This document shows positions 39,382 through 47,653 of a stretch of 64,000 bases of DNA, piece by piece. The translations under genes were made by a program, and so were the position numbers. The notes under the pieces were generated by a model. That model made no database searches. It was not told the origin of the DNA and saw only the letters and a list, made by a program, of their open reading frames with translations. This stretch comes from Chlamydiales bacterium (GTDB lineage: Bacteria; Chlamydiota; Chlamydiia; Chlamydiales; JAAKFR01). Numbering within the stretch: position 1 is the first letter of the stretch; every line of letters starts with the position of its first letter. The DNA lies in assembly GCA_020831465.1 (NCBI GenBank), contig JAFIGI010000030.1:11891-75890 (forward strand), given 5' to 3'.

Positions 39382-40406
39382 GGCAAAGTCAACGCGTAGC
39401 GAGCCGCATGATACGCATCTGGCTCAAAATCCCAATCCTGAAATTCAAGAAATTGCCGTCCCTTTTTTCCGAAACTCTTGAGAGCTAAAGCGGCTTCAAT
39501 CCGCACAAGCCCTTCAGGATCATTTAATAAAGAAGCGAGCTTTTCAAAACTTTTCTCTGACCGTATCCTCTTCAAAGCGCGTATCGCTTCGATCCGTACT
39601 TTAGGAGCAGGGTCGTCTAAAAATGTGATTAGATCGTGAATCGATTGGTCGGAAGTTAGGTTACCTAGCGTTTTGACGACAAAAATCCGGATTTGTGTGT
39701 TATCGGAGCGATAATCTTTTGAAAGATGGGGGTAGAAGTTTAGAAAATAGACACGGCTTAGAATGTCCAGACATGCGAGACGCATCTCTTCTACCTCTGA
39801 TTTTTGATAAATTCCTACGACGTGCTTAAGAGAAGCGGAGGACATCTTTAAAATGGCATGCCGATAGGGGAACCGTGCGGGCTCTACCTCTTTTACCATT
39901 GAAGAGAGTAGAATTTCAATATGTTGATAAGTCGGGGCTTTCGAAAGGACTGAGACGGCAAGCATGCGAATAAAAAAATCGGAATCTTGAAGCAGCTGAT
40001 AGATCGAGTTAAAGTCGGAATCTTCAAATGACAAGAGAAAGATACGCGCGGCCCTGCTTTTTCTCATCCAAAAGGCGCTTTTGTATTGTTTTCTTGCTAG
40101 GGGGAGCAACTCTTTGTCACAAAAATAGTTTTTGATCGCCTTCCAATCTTCCCCTTCAAACCGTTGTTCAAAAGTCTCTAAAATCCGGAGCAAACGATTC
40201 GGCGGAATTCCCGATTTTATCGAATTAAGAAGATGTCTCTTTTTTAGAATCTCCTTGATCAAATGTTCGAGCCTCTGCTCGCGTCGAGTTAATGATCGAT
40301 TAATGGCAAGATTAAGGATGTTGAATAAAAAAATAAAGGCGATACATGCGAACGTTGCTGCATACTCAATGATAAGAATCCAAAATAATATGAAAGTAAA
40401 TCTCAT
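39378..40406 (-). CDS. Membrane-anchored HEAT-repeat protein
   Basis: 342 aa with an N-terminal TM and HEAT-like repeats (DDPAPKVRIEAIRALKRI, NDPEGLVRIEAALALKSFG). ATGA overlaps on both sides. Confidence 0.7.
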   Translation of the reverse strand: MRFTFILFWILIIEYAATFACIAFIFLFNILNLAINRSLTRREQRLEHLIKEILKKRHLLNSIKSGIPPNRLLRILETFEQRFEGEDWKAIKNYFCDKELLPLARKQYKSAFWMRKSRAARIFLLSFEDSDFNSIYQLLQDSDFFIRMLAVSVLSKAPTYQHIEILLSSMVKEVEPARFPYRHAILKMSSASLKHVVGIYQKSEVEEMRLACLDILSRVYFLNFYPHLSKDYRSDNTQIRIFVVKTLGNLTSDQSIHDLITFLDDPAPKVRIEAIRALKRIRSEKSFEKLASLLNDPEGLVRIEAALALKSFGKKGRQFLEFQDWDFEPDAYHAARYALTLP

Positions 40407-42814
40407 CTGTTCAGAAATATAGATACTTTTTCTAACAGCACTTCGATGCTGAAGGGTTTAACTAAATAATCCAATGCCCCTGCTCTAAGGGCATCTAAAA
40501 TTTCCTGTTCATTTGAAACCGATGAGAGAAAGATCGCTTTAAGCCGGGGAAATTTATCATAAATCTTTCTCAATAGATCCAAGCCGTCCCCATCGGGAAG
40601 ACGGCGATCTAAGATGACCAATGTATCCTTTTCAACTTGGGGCAATCCCGCAAAAAAAAGGAGGGAATCTCTTAAGTTATGAAATTTTGTAACATGATAA
40701 CCATATTTTTCGAACGCAAACTCGAGGATCTCGCATAGATCGAGGTCGTCATCCACAAGGATAATCTGTTTTCCATAGTCAGGTTTTGTTGAGAACTCTC
40801 CAAAACGGGAGATTTTGCAGGTGTTAATCCCCTGTCGAATCGCCTCCAATAACCCTTTTCCACATACTTTTGCAATCTCTTCCAGTTTCGCATCTTTTGC
40901 GGAGAAAAGAACGGCGGAAGCAACAGCGCTAAGCTGAAGATCGGTTCTTGAAGGGAGCATCATTTTCGATTGGATTTTTTCAAAGAATGAAGAGAGTAAA
41001 AATTCAATCTCGCTCCCTGACAAACGTTTAAAAAGCAAACAGAAATAGCCTGGCGAAAGAGTTCCCATGCATACACTCGTCGAGAAATGCGTTTTCATAT
41101 TCTCCGAAAAGAGAATCTGGACTTGCTTTGCTTCTAGGGGGGTCAATACTTTCTCAAGCTCTTCCCAGATGGAGATTTTTAAATAGATAAGGCTCCACCG
41201 AAGATCATTTGAAGAGTAAGCCACATAGGTTTCGATCTGATCGAATAAGAGTTTTTTTGTCATAAGTCCGGTGACCGGATCGATTTCGCTTTTTGGAATG
41301 CTGGAACGTTTTCTCTCGAAGAGATTGAGAAGACGCGAGAGAAAAATATGAGGAATAAGAGGTTTATGTACAACGGCATCGCACCCTTCCGTATATGCGG
41401 ATTCGTCTGCTTCCTCTATCGGCAAGGCGGTGCATATGACGATCAACAAATCTCGGTATCGACTATCTTTGCGCAAGGCTCTCAGTAGAATTTTTCCGTT
41501 AAATGATTTGAGCATAATATCGAGGATCAACATATCGGGGTTAAATTCATCTAGCGCCCTAAGTAATTCTCTTTCGTCGGATATATAGAGTGGATTGAAG
41601 TTGGCTGAGCGCAAAACTTCTGAGACCAAAGAGCCGAAATCGGGATCGTCGTCAACAACAAGGATTTTAGCAGGAAAACTTATCCGGTTTTGAAGGGAAT
41701 GATTGATCATCTCTTCGACATCCCTATTCGTAACCGGCTTAACAATGATAAAATCGACTCCCGATTCCATCAACTCGATCCGTTTTGCCAGGTCTTCTTT
41801 ATCGCTTATAATACAGAATAAAGGGGGAGATTCCTTTATTATATCTTTCATCTTTTTAATTAGGTCGATCCCCGTCAATTTTGTATAGGGGAAGTACTCA
41901 TCCGAAATGACAAGCTTGAGATCGGCCTCATTCAGAGCATCAGATTCAAACAAAACCTGAGGGTTGTCATCTATCCGGATTGTAACGGAACGTTTAGCGG
42001 CCAGTGATTGGAGAAAAAAGGCTAAGTTAAAATCGGACGTGACCGCTCGAATCAGAGTCTTGGCGTTAACTGAGCCCTCTTTGATCCTATCGGATCTTTC
42101 GATCGAAGGGATAATTTCCTGTGGTATAGACCTTATCCTGAGTAGGATGTGTTGAAAGAGAAGCTTTAATTTTCTAAAAAAGCTCCGGTTTTCTCTCACA
42201 ATATTCTCAAGCGCTTGATAGGATTTTCCTGAGTAAATATTGTAAAGGTACATTTCATGCGCGGCGCACAATTTTCCTGCTTCCGGGTATCCATAGGTAG
42301 CCGCGGTTCCTGTTATCTTGTGTATCTCGTTTCGAATTTCCAATAAATTGGCGTTTAACGTCTCTGCTTTTTGCGTTTGGTGCATCAGCGATTCGATTCT
42401 CTCGAGCTTATCAAAAATGGCCTCATCGTACTTCTTGATCAGCTGGTGCGGGATAAATTCAGAAACCTCGATGCGAGGCATTTCTCGCAAGATCGTTCTT
42501 AATAGAGCAGCGACTTCATCTTCGATAATGGGTAATTCAAGAACGTAATCGACTCCATAGTTACATTTAAGTTGGCGAAAACGACTCTGCTTTTTTGTCG
42601 CTTCCTCAAAATAGATAATCTTCACCCCCTTGCCTGTAAAACGCTTTACAAAATCGAGAGTTTGATTCTCCTCTTCGACTAAAAATAGAGCTTTTGCAGA
42701 AGTCCAATCGTTTTCAAAACTGTAGGAGAAGTTGAATATTTCATGAAACTGCTCGAATATAGGCTTTAGAAGCTGCTGCCGATCGTAGGCGACGATATGT
42801 ACCGAATCCGTCAT
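40403..42814 (-). CDS. Multidomain signalling protein: REC-like, HPt, REC-like, REC, degenerate GGDEF, REC
   Basis: 803 aa. HPt-like IRNEIHKITGTAATYGYPEAG. Canonical REC at aa ~385-500 (KILVVDDDPDF...MLILDIML...VHKP). GGDEF-like block DPVTGLMTKK...GTLSPGYFCLLF, with SPGYF in place of GGDEF and no RxxD. C-terminal REC IILVDDDLD...LVILDRRLPDGDG...LVKPF. Confidence 0.75.
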   Translation of the reverse strand: MTDSVHIVAYDRQQLLKPIFEQFHEIFNFSYSFENDWTSAKALFLVEEENQTLDFVKRFTGKGVKIIYFEEATKKQSRFRQLKCNYGVDYVLELPIIEDEVAALLRTILREMPRIEVSEFIPHQLIKKYDEAIFDKLERIESLMHQTQKAETLNANLLEIRNEIHKITGTAATYGYPEAGKLCAAHEMYLYNIYSGKSYQALENIVRENRSFFRKLKLLFQHILLRIRSIPQEIIPSIERSDRIKEGSVNAKTLIRAVTSDFNLAFFLQSLAAKRSVTIRIDDNPQVLFESDALNEADLKLVISDEYFPYTKLTGIDLIKKMKDIIKESPPLFCIISDKEDLAKRIELMESGVDFIIVKPVTNRDVEEMINHSLQNRISFPAKILVVDDDPDFGSLVSEVLRSANFNPLYISDERELLRALDEFNPDMLILDIMLKSFNGKILLRALRKDSRYRDLLIVICTALPIEEADESAYTEGCDAVVHKPLIPHIFLSRLLNLFERKRSSIPKSEIDPVTGLMTKKLLFDQIETYVAYSSNDLRWSLIYLKISIWEELEKVLTPLEAKQVQILFSENMKTHFSTSVCMGTLSPGYFCLLFKRLSGSEIEFLLSSFFEKIQSKMMLPSRTDLQLSAVASAVLFSAKDAKLEEIAKVCGKGLLEAIRQGINTCKISRFGEFSTKPDYGKQIILVDDDLDLCEILEFAFEKYGYHVTKFHNLRDSLLFFAGLPQVEKDTLVILDRRLPDGDGLDLLRKIYDKFPRLKAIFLSSVSNEQEILDALRAGALDYLVKPFSIEVLLEKVSIFLNR

Positions 42815-42861
42815 GTGATTTTGAGTTCAATTTATCTAGTGATTTATTTACATATAATATT

Positions 42862-45042
42862 ATGAAAATAAAATCAGTAGTCTGCCTTGCGGTTATCGTA
42901 TTTTTACAGAGTTCAGGCCACGCAGACCCTCTCGTTTTTCTTGAGCATACAGAGCCATACTGGGAGCATCTTCTTAAGCAGGAACCGGATAATCCCTACT
43001 ACTTATATCGCCTGGGAAAAATGTATGCGCAAAAGGAGGATTACCAAGAAGCGGAACCTCTTTTAAGCCGTTCTCTAGAGCTCAATCCTGAGGATGCCGA
43101 CGTCAAACTGAGTCTTGCCTATCTATACTTATGGACAGATAGGGTTGATAAAGCGCGAACGCTCTTTCAGGAAATTCTTGAGGCTTTTCCGGAATATGAA
43201 GAGGCGCAAACCGGATTGAAAAGAGCACAAGAAGGGGAAGTGAAAGCTTGGGCAGAAGTTTGGAAAAAAACGGTCTTCGAGCAGGAAGCGACTCTACTTC
43301 TTGAGCTCCTTATAAAAATTGAGCCTAAAAACGCGCACTACCTTTTTAAGTTAGGTAGAAAGTTCGCACAAGAGGGAAAATACAAAAGAGGTGAAGAGCT
43401 TTTAAAACGCTCTCTAGAGCTCAATCCCAAAGATGCCGACGTTAAACTGGCGCTTGCATATTTATATTTATGGGACGAGCGGCCGAAAGAGGCGGAAGAA
43501 CTTTTTACCGAAATTCTCAGAGAGTTTCCCGATTATAAAGAGGCCGAAGAGGGGCTGAAGAGGGCTAGAGAAAGCCTTGCCGAGAAAAAGAAAGACCCTA
43601 CCCTTCTTCCCTGGCAGAAAGAGTGGATCAAAATCGCAGAGAAACTTGAGGGCTGCTATCAATACGACAAGGCAATGGCGATTTGGCACTATCTCTTTTG
43701 CACTTCGTCGCAAGATAACCGCCATCTCTTCGCCGCGCGAATCGGTCAGCTGCTTTCTTGGAAGGGAAGATGGAGAGAGGCTCTTTGCTATTTAAACCTC
43801 TCTCTTAGTCTCGATCCGGAGTATCACTTGGCCAAACTCCGTTTAGCCTATGTTTACTTGTTCACGGGCCGCCTGGATTGCTCCCGCTATCTTTTTTGCT
43901 CCCTTGTTCGCAAGGACTCCAAAGATTCCGATGCATGGGAAGGGTATGCAAGAGCTTCGGCAGCTCTTTTGTGCAATTGCGAAGCGAAAGAGGCCTTTTG
44001 CTGCAGGCTTGGGTTAGCAAAGCCTACGTATGATCTCTATAAACAATTCCACTTTCTTTTAAAATGGACCAATCCTTGGCTGGAGATTGGCGGCCTATAT
44101 GCTCAGGAGAGAGAGACCGACCTAATTACAAAAGTCCGCTCGGCTCAAAGAAATACTGCCTTTGGCGAGGTTAAAATTCACTACCCTCTTACTTCGACAA
44201 GCCGCCTGCATGCGTTTGCGCATTATGGTTTTGACAAGGAGATCAACTTAATCCAGGGAATCGATAATTTTGCACTCAATATTTGGAAATTTGGTTTCGG
44301 ATATGACTCTCAATTGAGCCCGCGGCTAACTTTTCGCTCTTGGGCTGTCGTAAAAGAGGGAGAGGATCCCCTCGACAACGCGATTTTTCCCCTTGGCAGG
44401 CGGAGAAGATTTGAGCCCGGGGCGGTTGTACTCTATAACTGGAGAAATCTGAACGCTTCATTTTCCGCAGCACGCGATTCGTTTATCGTAAAAAATTTCC
44501 AGAATTTTAACAGCACCCTTTTGGTGAGAGATACCTGTCTTGGAGAGGCTTCATATGGTCTTGGCAATAACCAAGGTTATTTTGGCCTATCGGGATTTAC
44601 GCGTTTCTATCATGAGTTCAAACCGAATAGGCAATGGGAGGGAAGTGGATGGCTCGGGTGGGGCTTTCCAAAATATAAGCCCTGCCTTTATATCCAATAC
44701 AGAGGCAGGATTGGAGGTTTCAGATTTACCGATACAAATTACTACTCCTATTCGACCCAGTGGGAGCATTTCGGGCAATTCTATTACCGGCGGCAGGGGA
44801 TATTGTATTGTGATTATGAATTTGGCTATATGCGTTCGTGGCAATGGAGTCGTGATTTGAACCAGCCGATCGACACGGTTATTTTTGTCCCCAGCCTCTT
44901 TAGGATCACAAACAGGGGATACGCTGAATTAAGCCGTTTATTCAGCCCCCGTTTTTGGGTGAAAGCAAGAGGGGAATACTACCATGATACGACCGAATAT
45001 ACTGCATGGATTGTGAGAGGTGAGGTGAACATTGTATTTTAA
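42862..45042 (+). CDS. TPR-repeat plus C-terminal beta-barrel outer-membrane protein (PgaA/NfrA/BcsC-like polysaccharide export porin)
   Basis: 726 aa with signal peptide MKIKSVVCLAVIVFLQSSGHA. About 380 aa of TPR-like helices include an internal duplication. The C-terminal ~330 aa are rich in alternating aromatic strands and end in ..RGEVNIVF. Confidence 0.65.
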   Translation: MKIKSVVCLAVIVFLQSSGHADPLVFLEHTEPYWEHLLKQEPDNPYYLYRLGKMYAQKEDYQEAEPLLSRSLELNPEDADVKLSLAYLYLWTDRVDKARTLFQEILEAFPEYEEAQTGLKRAQEGEVKAWAEVWKKTVFEQEATLLLELLIKIEPKNAHYLFKLGRKFAQEGKYKRGEELLKRSLELNPKDADVKLALAYLYLWDERPKEAEELFTEILREFPDYKEAEEGLKRARESLAEKKKDPTLLPWQKEWIKIAEKLEGCYQYDKAMAIWHYLFCTSSQDNRHLFAARIGQLLSWKGRWREALCYLNLSLSLDPEYHLAKLRLAYVYLFTGRLDCSRYLFCSLVRKDSKDSDAWEGYARASAALLCNCEAKEAFCCRLGLAKPTYDLYKQFHFLLKWTNPWLEIGGLYAQERETDLITKVRSAQRNTAFGEVKIHYPLTSTSRLHAFAHYGFDKEINLIQGIDNFALNIWKFGFGYDSQLSPRLTFRSWAVVKEGEDPLDNAIFPLGRRRRFEPGAVVLYNWRNLNASFSAARDSFIVKNFQNFNSTLLVRDTCLGEASYGLGNNQGYFGLSGFTRFYHEFKPNRQWEGSGWLGWGFPKYKPCLYIQYRGRIGGFRFTDTNYYSYSTQWEHFGQFYYRRQGILYCDYEFGYMRSWQWSRDLNQPIDTVIFVPSLFRITNRGYAELSRLFSPRFWVKARGEYYHDTTEYTAWIVRGEVNIVF

Positions 45043-47164
45043 AGCTTTTCCTGGAGCTGAGACTTTCTATTTCAGCAAAGTCCAGAAGTCTTTCTCCCTG
45101 ATGATCGGCATTCTGATTTGCCTCCTCGCGACAGCCAGGCTCTACAAGCTATTTACATTGGATAGAGAGCAAGTGTTGTTATGGCCGATTATTTTGCTAA
45201 CGACATTATCGCTACTTTCATTAGGTCTTGTTTTTATCCTACTTTCACTTGGGCGGAAGAGAGAAGCAATCGGCACCTCACTCATTGCAATCCTATTCGC
45301 TGCAGTAGAAATCTTTCTTGATACTTTTCTCTTCCCTGAGACCGATTTGATCTCCGTTGGAATTAAATTTTGGGGCATTTTCTCTTCGAGCTTAGCTTTG
45401 CTTAGCCTTGCAACAGCAGTGCTGCTCATCTCGTTGCTTCCGCTGAAGCAACTCTTTCTTTGGATTACAATTATTTTGGCAGGGCTCAATTTCGGTTATG
45501 CCCTTTTCATTATGGTATCCTACGTAAGCGGATTGGGTCACTTACTTTTCCGCGTAGACACCTCTCTGCTCGTGGCATTTGCTGTGACACTTGTCACCAT
45601 TGGAGTTTTAACAGAAGCACTCTCTTTTTTCGCTGCCTTTTATCCTAGGGTGTTTGGGGGAAGTATCGCCACGATTTGGGGAACTGCGGCTCTCCTATTA
45701 ACCATTAGCACATGGTCGGCTTTTCAAATTCGCGAAAGACAGCTGATTTCAGAAATCAGCGAAGAGAGAGCAACGACGCTTCAAGAGAGCATTGAAATAA
45801 GAGGAAGCGCAGCTATTTTTGCTCTGAGCCGGATGAAAGAACGCTGGATACATCTTAAAGATGATCATGAAGAAGACCTTCACCAGATAGACGCTCTCTT
45901 ATACCTTGAATACTTTCCTTGGGTAGAAGAAATAGGCTTTGTTAAGGATGGGGTAGTGATCGATACAATTTTGTCAAAACTTCCATCCGGCCTGCTTCAA
46001 ACTCTTATTCAAGAAATTCCCTACAGTGCCGAGGAATTCGAGATACCGAGAATTATTTTCAAAAAAGCGGATGACCGTGTTTATATGATTGTTTACTATG
46101 GGTATGACGAGAAGGAGAGCTCCCATCTTTTTTCCGTCAGCGATGCTCTCCAATATTTCACCTATCTGGTCCCTAATTTTCTTCGCAAGGAAAACGGAAT
46201 TCTCATTTACTCGCAAAACGATCTTCTCTTCCAAGTCAATCAAGAAGAGATAGCATACAAAGACCGCTTTTCTTCCTCTCTATCTTTTATGTTTCATCAG
46301 GCACGGATATCGATCGAGATATGGCCTATACCTGCCTATATAGAAAAGATAACTTCTCCTGCCTCAACCTATCACCTTATCATCGGCATCATCCTTTCTT
46401 TGACCATTTTTTTCGCGCTCTATTTTGCTTATCTCGCCACGAAAAAAAAGAAGGAGGCCTACGAAGCAAATAAAGAGAAATCGATGTTTTTAGCAAATAT
46501 GAGTCATGAGATACGCACTCCCTTGAACGGCATCATCGGCAGTTGCTCGATTTTAGAAATTACACAACTTCAGGAAGATCAAAAAAAATGGGTCGCGGGG
46601 ATAAAAAAATCCGGAAAGGCGCTTTTAGAATTGATTGATGATATCCTGGATATTTCGAAAATTGAAACCGCAGGTATGAAAATCTCCTATGCTGAAATCG
46701 ATTTAAAGCAATTATTGGAGGAAACGATGGGCTTTCTGACTCAAAAAGCTAAAGCGAAAAACCTCGAATTGTTTTTCGAATACGATCCTGATCTTGCGCC
46801 GATCCAGATTGTAGATGGAAAAAGAGTGAGGCAAATCGTCGTGAATCTTGTAGACAACGGTATTAAATATACGCGCGAAGGGTATGTGAAACTATCTCTC
46901 TTTGAATCAAATGGATTTATCGTATTCCGTGTAGAGGATTCGGGGAGAGGAATTGCCGAACATGATATGGATAAGCTTTTTAAAAAATATATTCGTTTAG
47001 ATATTCGGGCTGAAGAGGGAAGTGGATTGGGGCTGGCGCTTGTTAAAAAGCTACTCGAAAAGATGAACGGAAGCATCGAGGTTAAAAGTGCGACTGGACG
47101 AGGGTCGGTCTTTACGGCTAGATTGCCGATTATCAAGAAAGAAGAAATCAGAAATCAGGAGTGA
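45032..47164 (+). CDS. Sensor histidine kinase with a multi-TM N-terminal sensor region
   Basis: 710 aa with a TTG start; an alternative ATG lies at 45101. About 6-8 TM precede an H-box MSHEIRTPLNGI, N-box VDNGIKYT, G1 DSGRGI and G2 GSGLGLALV. Confidence 0.88.
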   Translation: MYFKAFPGAETFYFSKVQKSFSLMIGILICLLATARLYKLFTLDREQVLLWPIILLTTLSLLSLGLVFILLSLGRKREAIGTSLIAILFAAVEIFLDTFLFPETDLISVGIKFWGIFSSSLALLSLATAVLLISLLPLKQLFLWITIILAGLNFGYALFIMVSYVSGLGHLLFRVDTSLLVAFAVTLVTIGVLTEALSFFAAFYPRVFGGSIATIWGTAALLLTISTWSAFQIRERQLISEISEERATTLQESIEIRGSAAIFALSRMKERWIHLKDDHEEDLHQIDALLYLEYFPWVEEIGFVKDGVVIDTILSKLPSGLLQTLIQEIPYSAEEFEIPRIIFKKADDRVYMIVYYGYDEKESSHLFSVSDALQYFTYLVPNFLRKENGILIYSQNDLLFQVNQEEIAYKDRFSSSLSFMFHQARISIEIWPIPAYIEKITSPASTYHLIIGIILSLTIFFALYFAYLATKKKKEAYEANKEKSMFLANMSHEIRTPLNGIIGSCSILEITQLQEDQKKWVAGIKKSGKALLELIDDILDISKIETAGMKISYAEIDLKQLLEETMGFLTQKAKAKNLELFFEYDPDLAPIQIVDGKRVRQIVVNLVDNGIKYTREGYVKLSLFESNGFIVFRVEDSGRGIAEHDMDKLFKKYIRLDIRAEEGSGLGLALVKKLLEKMNGSIEVKSATGRGSVFTARLPIIKKEEIRNQE

Positions 47165-47168
47165 GAAT

Positions 47169-47564
47169 ATGGAAATCAACCCCCCGGCATTTCCGGACAA
47201 AAAGATTTTAATCGCAGAGGACGATCCTTTAAGCATGGAAATTTTGAAACATATGCTGGGGCTCTGTGCGATCACTCCGGATGCGGCTTCCGATGGAGAG
47301 GCTGCCTTGAGATTTGCCCTCGAAAAGAGATATGACATGATCATTTTAGATATTCATATGCCCAATAAAACGGGATTTGAAGTCGTTCAAGAAATTCGGA
47401 ACAAAATCAAAGACCACCCAATAGTCGTTGCCCTGACGGCAAGCGTCATTCCTGCGGAATTACAACAGATTAAAGTTGCGGGATTTGACAGCTACGTCCG
47501 CAAACCCATTGAGATCGAGGATATTTTTCAGCTGTTGGAAAAATACTTTGCCGCTAAAACGTAA
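47169..47564 (+). CDS. Single-domain (CheY-like) response regulator
   Basis: Trimmed to ATG 47169, 4 nt after the HK stop. Motifs KILIAEDD, MIILDIHMP, LTAS and VRKP. Confidence 0.88.
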   Translation: MEINPPAFPDKKILIAEDDPLSMEILKHMLGLCAITPDAASDGEAALRFALEKRYDMIILDIHMPNKTGFEVVQEIRNKIKDHPIVVALTASVIPAELQQIKVAGFDSYVRKPIEIEDIFQLLEKYFAAKT

Positions 47565-47598
47565 GTGCCGGCAGCAGCTCCCACAACAAGAGCGGACT

Positions 47599-47648
47599 TA
47601 TAGTAGAATCAGTTGAAAATGTAAATTTTTCAACTGATTCTGCTATAT
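47599..47648. repeat. Palindromic intergenic repeat, full copy
   Basis: ttatagtagaatcagttgaaaa-tgtaaa-tttttcaactgattctgctatat, with arms complementary except for one G-T pair. It lies between the convergent RR gene and the P-type ATPase. Confidence 0.92.
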
Positions 47649-47653
47649 CATTG

